DNA of 64,000 nucleotides from Thermoplasmata archaeon (GTDB lineage Archaea > Thermoplasmatota > Thermoplasmata > Lutacidiplasmatales > UBA184). The stretch covers positions 6,081 to 70,080 of the forward strand of contig JBARNH010000036.1 of the NCBI GenBank assembly GCA_049802875.1, read 5' to 3'. The translations under genes and the position numbers were made by a program. The notes under the pieces are model-generated. The model saw nothing but the letters and a program-made list of their open reading frames with translations, ran no database searches and was not told the origin of the DNA. Positions 27,787-37,301 of the stretch are shown in pieces; within the stretch, counting starts at the first letter, position 1; each line of letters begins with the position of its first letter.

Positions 27787-28377
27787 ATGCCGTTCGTTTT
27801 CGAACCGCAGGAGATCCCCGCGGTGGTCCTGATCACTCCCCGGGCGTTCGCGGACTCCCGTGGGTACTTCGTCGAGACGTACAAACGCTCCGAGTTCCAG
27901 CGCGCCGGTATCCCTTCGGAATTCTACCAGGACAACTGCTCGGCTTCGAAGAAGGGCGTCGTGCGCGGCCTTCACTACCAGCTCGATCCGGCCGCCCAGG
28001 GGAAACTCCTGAGGGCGCTCTCCGGGTCCGTTTGGGAGGTGGCGGTAGATATCCGCAGGGGCTCCCCGACCTTCGGCCGGTGGACCGGCGCGGTTCTCTC
28101 GGCAGAAAATCGGAAGATGCTATGGATCCCTCCCGGGTTCGCCGCCGGGATGGTCTCGCTCGAGGACGACTCTCAGTTGGCCTACAAAACCACGGAAGAG
28201 TACTCTCAGCCGCACGAGCGAGGGATCCGCTGGAGCGACCCCACGATCAACATCCGCTGGCCGGTCGATGTCTCCTACGCGATCGTTTCCGATAAGGACC
28301 AGGCGCATCCTCTCCTCAAGGACGCCGAGATCAACTTCGTCTGCCGACCGCTGGACGGACCGTCGCATGATCGCTAA
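27787..28377 (+). CDS. rmlC: dTDP-4-dehydrorhamnose 3,5-epimerase
   Basis: The RmlC cupin motifs RGYFVETY, RGLHYQ and KLLRALSGSVWEVAVDIRRGSPTFGRW are present. Confidence 0.85.
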   Translation: MPFVFEPQEIPAVVLITPRAFADSRGYFVETYKRSEFQRAGIPSEFYQDNCSASKKGVVRGLHYQLDPAAQGKLLRALSGSVWEVAVDIRRGSPTFGRWTGAVLSAENRKMLWIPPGFAAGMVSLEDDSQLAYKTTEEYSQPHERGIRWSDPTINIRWPVDVSYAIVSDKDQAHPLLKDAEINFVCRPLDGPSHDR

Positions 28378-28903
28378 GCGGCGCCCGATCTACCGTAGCG
28401 ATCACCTCTCGGTCGAGGAGGCGGATATCCCACTTCCCCACGGCGGGAATATTCCGGGATTCCCGCTCGTCACCCATTCCAACGGAGTGATCGTAGCTCC
28501 GATCTTTGTTCAACGCGGTCGAAAGTACATCATGCTGCTCGAGCAGTGGCGGGCGGCGATGAACGTCACCGTCCTCGAAGTGCCGGGCGGGGGTCTCGCC
28601 CCCGGAGAAACTCCCCGAGACGCGGCTGTCCGAGAGGTTCGGGAGGAGGCCGGGCTCGACGTGGAGAAGCTCGTCGAGGTCGGCGAAGTCCTTCCCGCTC
28701 CGGGTTGGGAAGTGGAGACCCAATTTCACTTCCTCGCGATCTGTCATCCGCGTCTAAACGGTCTGCGGTTGGACCGAACCGAGAACATTCGATGCCGCCC
28801 GACCCCCGTCGGCGAAGTGCGTCGCTTGCTCCGGACACGAAAGATCCAGGACCTGAAAACTAAGGCGCTCCTGTACGACGCGCTCGAGTACCTCGGGGCT
28901 TAG
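28367..28903 (+). CDS. NUDIX hydrolase
   Basis: The ATG at 28367 overlaps the rmlC end by 11 nt. Nudix box GGLAPGETPRDAAVREVREEAGL. Confidence 0.75.
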   Translation: MIAKRRPIYRSDHLSVEEADIPLPHGGNIPGFPLVTHSNGVIVAPIFVQRGRKYIMLLEQWRAAMNVTVLEVPGGGLAPGETPRDAAVREVREEAGLDVEKLVEVGEVLPAPGWEVETQFHFLAICHPRLNGLRLDRTENIRCRPTPVGEVRRLLRTRKIQDLKTKALLYDALEYLGA

Positions 28904-30072
28904 GCCGCATCGCCTCGGTCCGAGAAGGATGCGGCCACTACTCCCGCCCTCGCCCCGTCCCCGACCGCGGGGGCGGAGGGTGCCCCGGGTTGGCTGGGAA
29001 GACAGGTCGAGGTCCCGAAGAGCGCACTGACATCCGTTTGCTCGGTGAAAACGCAGTAGCTCCACGGTCCCCCGGGTGCCTGCGATGGCCCGGTGCCCGT
29101 CGTCGCGGTCCAGCTCGACGTCGTGCCGGCCGCTACGGTATGCGTCGAGACCTGAACCAGGGTCGTACTGGGGAACGCGCCGCCGACCTGAATCATGTTG
29201 ATGACGGCATTACCGATCATCTGTTCGGTGCCTTCGATGAGCGGTAGGGAGAAATCCATCACGGAGCCAGCGCCGAACGGGAGAAGGGCGGCGTTCGTGA
29301 GCCCGCCGGCGACGTTCCCGTAGACCTGGCCTCCCGCGGCCGCCACCCCCGCGGTCGAAAGTCCGAATCCGGTCAGCGCGTACGTCAGGCTCGCGATGTT
29401 GAGGGCCAGAGACCCGTCGGTCGAATTCACGAGGGGCCCGACGGGTCCGTACGAGAGATTTCCGAGGAACCGGTGCACGCCGTCGGTACCGATGACGCTG
29501 CCCGCGCTCGAGAGGGGAGTATTGGCGCTCGCCGAGTAGTAACCGATCGCCGCGCCGATCCACGCGAGCCGCCCTCCATCGAGAAGCCATGGGGCGACGA
29601 GGTCGGAGGAGTTCGAGTAAACGGTCGACGGAAACGCTCCCGAGGCCACGACCAGGAGGCCCCCGGGAGCGGTCAGGGGATTCGAGAGGATCCTCTCCAG
29701 CTGGTCGGCGTCCACCACCACCACCGAGATCGGAAGTCCCCGCGCGGCGATCGCGAGCTGCAGGTAGTACTGCATCCCGGCCCAACTGATGATGTTCGAG
29801 AAGCTGAGGCCGTACGCGGCGTCATAGAAGTAGTAGATCGTACGGATCTCGCTCGAGGAATTGAGCCAGAAGCCGACCTGTTGGAACGTCCCGGAGTACG
29901 AGGTCGTTACTTGGGAGTTCACCTCGATCGAGCTTCCGGTCTCCTCAAGGCTGACCGAGAACGACACCGAATTGCGCAGGGGAGGAGCGTAGACCGCCAC
30001 CTCCGAAACGAGGATCGCGACGACGACCAGGGTGATCGCGTAGGCCATGAGGTCGCCGGCACGTCGATTCAT
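28900..30072 (-). CDS. N-terminally membrane-anchored extracytoplasmic protein (module A partner, unknown function)
   Basis: The start is the Met at 30072, forming an ATGA overlap with the upstream membrane-protein stop. A signal-anchor TM is followed by about 360 aa with at least 10 N-x-S/T sequons. Shared motifs: IYAPP, YFYDA, VVVDADQL, LVAPWLLDGGRLAWIG, IGYYS. The paralog lies at 52325..53410. Confidence 0.6.
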   Translation of the reverse strand: MNRRAGDLMAYAITLVVVAILVSEVAVYAPPLRNSVSFSVSLEETGSSIEVNSQVTTSYSGTFQQVGFWLNSSSEIRTIYYFYDAAYGLSFSNIISWAGMQYYLQLAIAARGLPISVVVVDADQLERILSNPLTAPGGLLVVASGAFPSTVYSNSSDLVAPWLLDGGRLAWIGAAIGYYSASANTPLSSAGSVIGTDGVHRFLGNLSYGPVGPLVNSTDGSLALNIASLTYALTGFGLSTAGVAAAGGQVYGNVAGGLTNAALLPFGAGSVMDFSLPLIEGTEQMIGNAVINMIQVGGAFPSTTLVQVSTHTVAAGTTSSWTATTGTGPSQAPGGPWSYCVFTEQTDVSALFGTSTCLPSQPGAPSAPAVGDGARAGVVAASFSDRGDAA

Positions 30073-31622
30073 CCCGCGGGCCCCCCGTCGGTCGGGGCGG
30101 GATCTGCCGGCGCCCTCAGCTTGAGAACCAAGAGCACGACCAGGCAGACGAAGGCAGTCGACACGGGAACGAACTCGAGCGGGAAGGTCACGTTCTGCAC
30201 CTGAACCCATGCATTGATTGACGAGAGATACAGCTGATAGGGCACGACGTGGAAGTCATACCACAGCGGCAGAAAATTGAGCAACGGCCCACCGAGAGTG
30301 AAGTAATAGAGGGCGGGGCCGACGGAGACCACGAGGAAGATCGCGAGGTACCTCCGGCCCTCGGGGACGAGCAGGATCAGGAACGGTAGGCACCAGATCA
30401 TGTACTGGGGCTGAACGACCTGAGGGATCAGGAACGCGCCGACCGACACGAGCGTCGCCCACGGGAGCCAACGGGCGGGCTGAGTCACCTCGCCGCGGGG
30501 CGCGCGCAAGAGGACTGCGGCAGCGATCACCGCGATGGCGACCGCGAGCCCTGCCCCGACGATCACGGTGGTCGTGCCGCCGAACGCGGAGATCCACTGA
30601 TCCGCCGAGTGGATGCCCGGGACCGAGAAGAATCCCCAAAAACCGAACCCCTGGTAGACCCCGCCGGCCCGGCTCGGACCGACCAGAGCGGACTGAACAA
30701 ATTCTGACAGTAGACCCGGGACCGCGACGACTGCGACCACCGGCACGGCGACCCCGCCGATCACGCCTCCCGCAGCCCACAGACTCTTCCCCGTAGGTGC
30801 CTGCTTCCAGGAGATCGCACCCAACATCGGGACGAAGAGAAAGGGGAACACACCGATCAGCGCGCCCACCGCGATCGCGAGACCGGAGAAGAAAGGGCGG
30901 CGGTCGAACGCGAGAACGAACGCGGCCAGCACGCAGAAGGTCGGGAGGACGTCGTACGACCCGTGGACGGAACTGAGGAGGATAACGAGCGGGTTCAGGA
31001 ACCATGCCGCGAACGCCCAAACGGCCGTGGCCGGCTTACCGGTCGTTCGTAGCGCTAGGTGGTAGATCACGAATCCGGCCGCTACGTCGAACACCACCAG
31101 CGAGAGTTTCTCCACCCAAACGTAGGTCAGGTTCAGCTCGTAGGTCGGGGCGAGCGCGCTCGAGACCATGAATAGCCCTTGGAGTTGCGAGTTGGTGGTG
31201 AACCACGCGGTCGGAGGTGTGAACACCGAGGTGACTCGACCGACGACGTTGAGATAGAAGATCATGAAGGGAGGGTAGACGGTGGGATGGGAGTAGGGGC
31301 CCTGACCGTACACCATCGCCGCCGAAGTTTGCGCGAATGTGACGAGGTCCGTGTTCAACGAGATGGGGATCAGGACCAATCGAATCGCGACGCCGATCAA
31401 AAGGACCGGCAGGACGCTTCGTACCGTGCGAGGAATGCGTAGGTAGAACTGGCTAAACCGGTCTCGGAGGGAGCGCAGGCGAGGTGCGCTGCTCAATTCG
31501 CTACGACCCTCCCCGGGGCGAGGTACCAACCCCCCATAAGGGCGACCGTCGATTCCCCTAGCGGGCGAGGTTTGCGAGCTCCGGGGAGCTTCGCGCCCGG
31601 GTGGCCCAAAGACTCCCGGCAA
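30069..31622 (-). CDS. polytopic membrane protein, GT-C-fold-like (module A; possibly DUF2029/GT87-like)
   Basis: About 12 TM helices. Conserved YGQGPY...YPP loop after TM1. The paralog lies at 53407..54870. The start is uncertain because the ORF overlaps the upstream FkbM gene by 64 nt. Confidence 0.6.
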   Translation of the reverse strand: MPGVFGPPGREAPRSSQTSPARGIDGRPYGGLVPRPGEGRSELSSAPRLRSLRDRFSQFYLRIPRTVRSVLPVLLIGVAIRLVLIPISLNTDLVTFAQTSAAMVYGQGPYSHPTVYPPFMIFYLNVVGRVTSVFTPPTAWFTTNSQLQGLFMVSSALAPTYELNLTYVWVEKLSLVVFDVAAGFVIYHLALRTTGKPATAVWAFAAWFLNPLVILLSSVHGSYDVLPTFCVLAAFVLAFDRRPFFSGLAIAVGALIGVFPFLFVPMLGAISWKQAPTGKSLWAAGGVIGGVAVPVVAVVAVPGLLSEFVQSALVGPSRAGGVYQGFGFWGFFSVPGIHSADQWISAFGGTTTVIVGAGLAVAIAVIAAAVLLRAPRGEVTQPARWLPWATLVSVGAFLIPQVVQPQYMIWCLPFLILLVPEGRRYLAIFLVVSVGPALYYFTLGGPLLNFLPLWYDFHVVPYQLYLSSINAWVQVQNVTFPLEFVPVSTAFVCLVVLLVLKLRAPADPAPTDGGPAG

Positions 31623-32652
31623 GCATCCGGTCGCCGAAGAGGGAGAACGGATTCCGAAAGAGTCGGGGCCGCGTGTAGTCCACGAGGAATCCGTCGGCCC
31701 GAAGCCGGCGGACCAGCACCGAGCAGCCGTAGTGGTATTCGATCGTCATTTGTCCAAATCGCCGACGGGTCGCTTCGCTCGCCCCGAGGAGGAGGGGGTA
31801 CTCGTACCCCTCGCAATTCGATTTCAACACCGCGTCGTGGAGGTCGAAGCGGTCGACGATGGTCGACAACGAAGACACCGGGATCCGTTCGGCTCCCTCC
31901 GAATCGACGAGGTTGTTCCAGAGGGTGCCTCCGCTCTCTGCGCCCAAGGTCACCGAGCCGTCTTCGGCGCTGCACCCCTCGTTCAGCAGGGTGATCCGGT
32001 CGCGGAACCGCGAGCGCTCCACATTCCTCTGCGCCAGACGGAAGGTCGAGGGGAACGGCTCGAAAGCGTACACATGCCGGGCGCCGCGCGCCGCAAAAAA
32101 TAGCGCGGAATCGCCGATGTTAGCCCCCACGTCGACGACGTCTCGCTGCCGCACATCGACCGAGGAATACAAACCGGGACCGGCGCCCCCGGCAGCGATA
32201 AAGTGGACCCAAAGGGAGTCGACGCAGTTGACCCATTGCGAATCCGAATCGTACCAGAGCCTCACATCGGGAGCGTCACCGCCGTCCCTGCCGGAAACGC
32301 CCGGGAATGCGGCCGGGTCGAGGCGCATGCCGACATACCCCTCCCCTTGCACGATCGGAGCGGAGCGACGGTAGTTGTCGAACCGAGCCCGCCACAGGCG
32401 GGGATCATCCATCAGGAAGCGAGCCAAGGCTTGAGAGTCCACTGCCGCGGAGGAGCCATCCGAGAGTTTCAATGTCGCCGAACCCCCGACGCCGAGCCGG
32501 AGGGGCAGCAGGGCAGGCCAGTTTCGGATCGCCCGCCGCAATTCGCGAAGGTACCGCACCCGCTCCGGAGTCGGGATGACCAGTAGTCCGGTGGCGACCA
32601 GTTCCTGCCACCTCGTCGGATGCGGAATCCAGGTCGCGGGATTCTGGGCCAA
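31558..32652 (-). CDS. FkbM-family SAM-dependent methyltransferase
   Basis: VDVGANIGDSALFFAARGARHVYAFEP motif. Confidence 0.8.
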   Translation of the reverse strand: MAQNPATWIPHPTRWQELVATGLLVIPTPERVRYLRELRRAIRNWPALLPLRLGVGGSATLKLSDGSSAAVDSQALARFLMDDPRLWRARFDNYRRSAPIVQGEGYVGMRLDPAAFPGVSGRDGGDAPDVRLWYDSDSQWVNCVDSLWVHFIAAGGAGPGLYSSVDVRQRDVVDVGANIGDSALFFAARGARHVYAFEPFPSTFRLAQRNVERSRFRDRITLLNEGCSAEDGSVTLGAESGGTLWNNLVDSEGAERIPVSSLSTIVDRFDLHDAVLKSNCEGYEYPLLLGASEATRRRFGQMTIEYHYGCSVLVRRLRADGFLVDYTRPRLFRNPFSLFGDRMLAGSLWATRARSSPELANLAR

Positions 32653-33094
32653 GTGCCGGAATTCGCCAGGAGCCTAGCGCCTCAACGAGCTTTCAGCGTT
32701 TCGAGGGGAGCCGCCCAATTCACTGCGCGGAGTCCGCAGTCGGCCGACGCGGTCCGAACGTGGCGGAGGGAGGTACCACGTACCATTCAGCGCCGGGATC
32801 GGTTACCCCCGAGGGGGACCTGCCGTCGGCGGGCCGCGATACGGCGCTGGCGTTGCTTCCGATGCCGCTTCTTGAGCCCGGGAGTGGGGCGTTTACGTGC
32901 CGTTCGCGTCATGCTGACCGACTCACGATGTGTCGGAGCGCGGTAGGAGGAGGACCCCATAAGGTCGCTGAGGGGGCAGGATACGGGTCGAAACGGTTCG
33001 TCCAGTCACAGTTCGGTCGGGCTTCCTTCCCCCGGGGAACCCCTGCCCCGACCCCATGGGATTCGGCAACGTTCTCCCGTTCCCTCGAGGGTCC

Positions 33095-33106
33095 ATGCTC
33101 TAATAT
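33095..33106 (+). promoter_or_regulatory. TATA-like box (TCTAATATCC) upstream of gmd
   Basis: An AT-rich element about 28 nt upstream of the ATG at 33130, inside a 480-bp divergent intergenic region. Confidence 0.35.
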
Positions 33107-33129
33107 CCCGGTCCGGATAGACGGCGATA

Positions 33130-34107
33130 ATGAGCTCCCGGTCCGCGCTGGTCACCGGGGTCACCGGACAGGACGGGTCGTACCTCGCGGAGCTCCTGCT
33201 CCAGAAGGGATACTCGGTCACCGGAATCGTCCGTCGGTTGAGCAGCCCGAATCTCAGCAATCTGACTCCCCTGCTCGACCGACTCGAGCTGGTGGACGGC
33301 GACCTGATTGATCAGACCTCCCTGAGCCAGGCGGTGAAATCCGCGGCGCCGGACGAGGTGTACAATCTCGGCGCTCAATCGTTCGTCGGCGCGTCGTTCT
33401 CCCAACCGGTCCTGACGGGCGAGATCACCGGCCTGGGAACGCTGAGACTTCTCGAGGCGGTGCGCTCGAACGCACCCGACGCGAGAGTGTACCAAGCGTC
33501 GTCCAGTGAGATGTTCGGCCACGTCGAAACCGAACCCCAGGATGAGGGGACCGCGTTCCACCCACGAAGCCCCTACGGCGTCGCGAAGGTCTACTCGTAC
33601 TGGGCCTCCGTGAACTATCGGGAGGCCTACTCGATGTTCATTTCGAACGGGATCCTCTTCAACCACGAATCGCCCCGTCGGGGTCTCGAGTTCGTTACGA
33701 GAAAGATCACCGATACGGTCGCTCGCATCGCCGCCGGAAAGGCGAAGCACCTGACCCTGGGGAACCTCGAGGCTCGGCGGGACTGGGGGTACGCTCCCGA
33801 CTACGTGGACCTCATGTGGCGGACCCTTCAGGCGAAGGAACCGGGTGACTTTGTGGGGGCCACGGGAGAGTCTCACACGGTCCGAGAGTTCGTCCAGACC
33901 GCGTTCGAGGTCGCGGGGATCCGGGATTGGGAGAGTTATCTGCGCACCGACCCCAAATTCAATCGACCGTCCGAAGTCTTCAACTTGAGAGGAAACCCGG
34001 CGAAGGCGAAACGCGTACTCGGCTGGGAGCCGAAGACTCGGTTCGCCGAGCTCGTCCGCACCATGGTCGCCGCCGACCTCGAACGGTACGGTCAGAGCCT
34101 GAAGTGA
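33130..34107 (+). CDS. gmd: GDP-mannose 4,6-dehydratase
   Basis: ALVTGVTGQDGSYLAELLL, SSSEMFG, SPYGVAKVYSYW and NHESPRRG are the hallmark GMD motifs. Confidence 0.9.
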   Translation: MSSRSALVTGVTGQDGSYLAELLLQKGYSVTGIVRRLSSPNLSNLTPLLDRLELVDGDLIDQTSLSQAVKSAAPDEVYNLGAQSFVGASFSQPVLTGEITGLGTLRLLEAVRSNAPDARVYQASSSEMFGHVETEPQDEGTAFHPRSPYGVAKVYSYWASVNYREAYSMFISNGILFNHESPRRGLEFVTRKITDTVARIAAGKAKHLTLGNLEARRDWGYAPDYVDLMWRTLQAKEPGDFVGATGESHTVREFVQTAFEVAGIRDWESYLRTDPKFNRPSEVFNLRGNPAKAKRVLGWEPKTRFAELVRTMVAADLERYGQSLK

Positions 34108-34179
34108 ACCCCGACGCCGCCGTCCCCACCATCGATGGGAAGGGCCGTACGGGCCGATTGCCTCCGCGGGTAGATCCGG

Positions 34180-35205
34180 TTACGATGAACCTTGCTGGCC
34201 CGGTCCGGAGCTGCCCTCCGTCGTGGGCTTCGGAGGGTCGATGTGCCCCTTCGTGGTTCGCAACTGCTCCCAGTTCGGATCGGGGACTCCCCATGCCCGA
34301 GAGGAAATCCCGGCCCACACCCGGGTGAGCACCTCGAGAGCGACAAGGGTCGTCAATGGGAGGAGGTCGCGAGGATGCAACCGGAGGTAGCCCGCGAACG
34401 CAGTGAGAACGACCGCCATGTCCCAAGACGGCGGATACAGACCTTCTTGCGAGCGCACTCGGTAGATCAGCCCGTTGATACGGATTCGCTGCAGCACATA
34501 CTCCCGGAACGTGCTCGGAACTTGGTTGTAGACCACCGCGTTCGGGGCATAAACGCTGCGGACCGATTGGTCTCGTACGAGCCCCCCGAGCCGAACGTCA
34601 TCGTCTTCGGACCCGAGAAGGCGGTCAGCGGAATCGCTCCGCACTGCGTACGCCTCCCCGACCTTCGGGACGGCCAACGAGACGCGATGGTGTACCTCCC
34701 AGAGCATTCGGCCGAGGGTACCGGTAAACGACTCGACTCCCGGAACCGGGATCGGATGAAAACAGACGACGTCGACTGACGGGTCGAGGAACCCTCGGGC
34801 GACCTCCTCGTAGCTGCCCCGCGCCGGGAGAGTGTCCGCCCCCTCCACGAGGATGATGTCCCCCGAGGCGCGGTGGACGCCGACCTGGAGCGCGGCGGCT
34901 TTCCCTTGACGTTTCGGCTGGATGAGCGCGACGACTCGAGGGTCATCCGCGGAGACCTTGAGTACGATGTTGTCGGTACCGTCCGTGCACCCACTCGCCA
35001 CGACCACTACCTCCCGGACTCGAAACGACCCTCCCGTTTCGCTGAGCACCGCTCTCAGCATGTTCTCAACGTTGTGGGCTTCGTTGTAGGCGCAGGTGAC
35101 TACGGAGATCTCGAACGGAGGCCCCCGCCGACGCGAACCGGCCGGTCGTACCGCGGTGCCCGAGAGGTCGGAGCCTCCCGGCGGGGGAGGATCGGGAGTC
35201 GACAT
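34180..35205 (-). CDS. glycosyltransferase family 2
   Basis: The GT-A fold N-terminus ISVVTCAYNEAHNV and the motif VEGADTLP are present. Confidence 0.8.
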   Translation of the reverse strand: MSTPDPPPPGGSDLSGTAVRPAGSRRRGPPFEISVVTCAYNEAHNVENMLRAVLSETGGSFRVREVVVVASGCTDGTDNIVLKVSADDPRVVALIQPKRQGKAAALQVGVHRASGDIILVEGADTLPARGSYEEVARGFLDPSVDVVCFHPIPVPGVESFTGTLGRMLWEVHHRVSLAVPKVGEAYAVRSDSADRLLGSEDDDVRLGGLVRDQSVRSVYAPNAVVYNQVPSTFREYVLQRIRINGLIYRVRSQEGLYPPSWDMAVVLTAFAGYLRLHPRDLLPLTTLVALEVLTRVWAGISSRAWGVPDPNWEQLRTTKGHIDPPKPTTEGSSGPGQQGSS

Positions 35206-35353
35206 TGGAACAGGAGTGAGCCCGGAGCGACCCTAATGTTGTCGCCCGACGAGTCGCAGGACGGGTACGCCGCGAACGGCCAACTGTACCACCGAGAAGT
35301 CGGACAGTCCCCCCACGGGAGGGAATCTCCCGAGTGGATGGCGATCGAGGTCA

Positions 35354-36325
35354 CTATTGCTCGTTTTCTCCGGCGACGCCGGCCGAGGACCCGGCCAGCT
35401 GGTCCGCGCCGGGAAACGCGAATCGGTCCACGTGGAGTGGCTGACGCGGCGCGCGCGCCAGGTGACGATCCAAAAGCAGCTCCCGGAGGAAGACGAAAGC
35501 GGTGGTGACAAACGCAAGCCCCGGCACGATCTTGGAGTCGCCGTGACGGCGCTCCTCGAATCGGTACGGGATTTCACAGGTCCGAAGTTTCCCGTTCGTG
35601 GCGAGCAGGAACGGGACCAGTTCGAAGCCGAGATGTCCTTCACGATTGTGTTTCACTACCTCGAGGTCGATTCCGACGAACCCGGAGAGGGGGTCGCTCA
35701 GGTGTTTAGTCCGCGGAAGGAGAGCGTGGGTGAGCCAAGCGGCCCCCCTCGAGATGATGCTCCGGACGAGCTTTCGGTCGGTGGTCGAACCGCCGGCCGT
35801 GTATCGACTGGCGACGACCATGTCGTACCCCTGGCGCAACTTCGCATAGATCTCCGGGATCGCGCTCGGCGGGTGCTGGAGATCCGAGTCCATGACAATC
35901 GCATACCGAACCCGGGTCCAGCGGAGGCCCTGGAGCCTCGCATTGAGTAGTCCGTTGCTCGCTCGATTGAGGACCGGAAGCACGCCCGGGTGACCGGACT
36001 CCCAGGATTCGATCTGATCGATGGTCCCATCCGTGCTTCCATCGTCCACGATCACGACCTCGTGGGGGAAGTCGCACCCACGTTCGATCTCCTGCAGCAG
36101 GCGAGGCAGGTTGGTCGCCTCGTTCAACGTCGCGAGCACGATACAGGCCTCCGTGCGGCTGACCGGAGCCTGCGGAGCGACCCGGCTAGAAAAGAGACCC
36201 AAATCTCCGTGATACCCGACTCCGTGCGGGAACGACGGCGCGACCATCTCACCCACCGCGCTCATACTAACTCCCACCCCCTCGGAGATCCCCGGCTCGC
36301 CGCCTGCATAATTCGGTGACATCAA
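35354..36325 (-). CDS. dolichyl-phosphate hexosyltransferase (Dpm1-like GT2)
   Basis: The Dpm1-family motifs IVLATLNEATNLP, VIVDDGSTDGT, VMDSDLQHPP and ASRY are present. The N-terminal start is uncertain. Confidence 0.8.
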   Translation of the reverse strand: MMSPNYAGGEPGISEGVGVSMSAVGEMVAPSFPHGVGYHGDLGLFSSRVAPQAPVSRTEACIVLATLNEATNLPRLLQEIERGCDFPHEVVIVDDGSTDGTIDQIESWESGHPGVLPVLNRASNGLLNARLQGLRWTRVRYAIVMDSDLQHPPSAIPEIYAKLRQGYDMVVASRYTAGGSTTDRKLVRSIISRGAAWLTHALLPRTKHLSDPLSGFVGIDLEVVKHNREGHLGFELVPFLLATNGKLRTCEIPYRFEERRHGDSKIVPGLAFVTTAFVFLRELLLDRHLARAPRQPLHVDRFAFPGADQLAGSSAGVAGENEQ

Positions 36326-36687
36326 TCCTTGAATCTGTCGCGCACCGCGCTCGCGGGGCCGTTGACGGGAATACCGTCATTTCAGTCGACACCCTTCCCT
36401 CTAGGTAAAGATGACACCCGCTCTCGCGACGCCTCTCGGGTCGCCCCGGGTGCGGTCGGACGGCGCTTACGTCTCGAATTCACCATGGGGCCCATCAACC
36501 AACCGTCGGCCGGGGGGTATAAATGGACGTGTCTTGATTCGACGATTCCCCGGGCCCGAGGTCTGACGGATAATCCTTCGCTTCCCTGGCAAATTGCGGG
36601 ATTCAGACCGCACCGGTCCTATCCGAGCGGGGTCGGCGGAACATCTCCGGAACTGTGTTGCGTCCACTGCCCGCGAGGGTGGTCGGA

Positions 36688-37089
36688 TCATCGTAGAGCT
36701 CCGCTCGACTCCGCCAGCCGGGCGTGTCGGGCGGAGGTTATCTCAGCGAGTACCGGCCCCGAAGGAGTCTCCCGGTTCAGCTTGAACTCTCGGCCGTCCA
36801 GCTCGATTCCCGGAATCTCGAGTCGATCACCGTACCCGATCGGTATCGAGAATTCGCGGGTGGAGAAGGTACGGATTCGGTCGAGCCGCGCGGTAAACAA
36901 AGCGGGCTTGACTAGCTTTCCTCCGCTAAAGAGCCCGGCCTGGCGGAAGAATAGGCACCGACGAGTGGTAAGGACCAGCAATCCCCGTACCCCTCTCGCG
37001 CCCCGCCGTCCCAGCATCTCCACCGGCCAGCCACCGAGGGTGTGCTCTCCCGTCTCCAGCTCCACCGGGTCGGGGGGATGGTCCGTCAC
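36688..37089 (-). CDS. hypothetical protein, bacterial-PH/GRAM-like domain
   Basis: 133 aa. The pattern of hydrophobic beta-strands resembles YokE/bPH_2. Weak evidence. Confidence 0.4.
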   Translation of the reverse strand: MTDHPPDPVELETGEHTLGGWPVEMLGRRGARGVRGLLVLTTRRCLFFRQAGLFSGGKLVKPALFTARLDRIRTFSTREFSIPIGYGDRLEIPGIELDGREFKLNRETPSGPVLAEITSARHARLAESSGALR

Positions 37090-37301
37090 ACGGGGCTCGA
37101 CATTCTCGGGAGAGTTGAGAAGGTTGCGTCGCTTCGCAGAGCCCTGGCGAGGCCCGCGGGGTCGGTCCTCGGCCTTCTCCGCGCCGGGCTCCCGGCGAAC
37201 TAACTCCGAGGGCGGGCCCTAGACTCACAACGGCGCCTCTCCCTCGCGAAACTGCAGCGTTAATCTTCCGGAGGGGGTGCGCCGAACGTGCGGAGCGTCC
37301 G

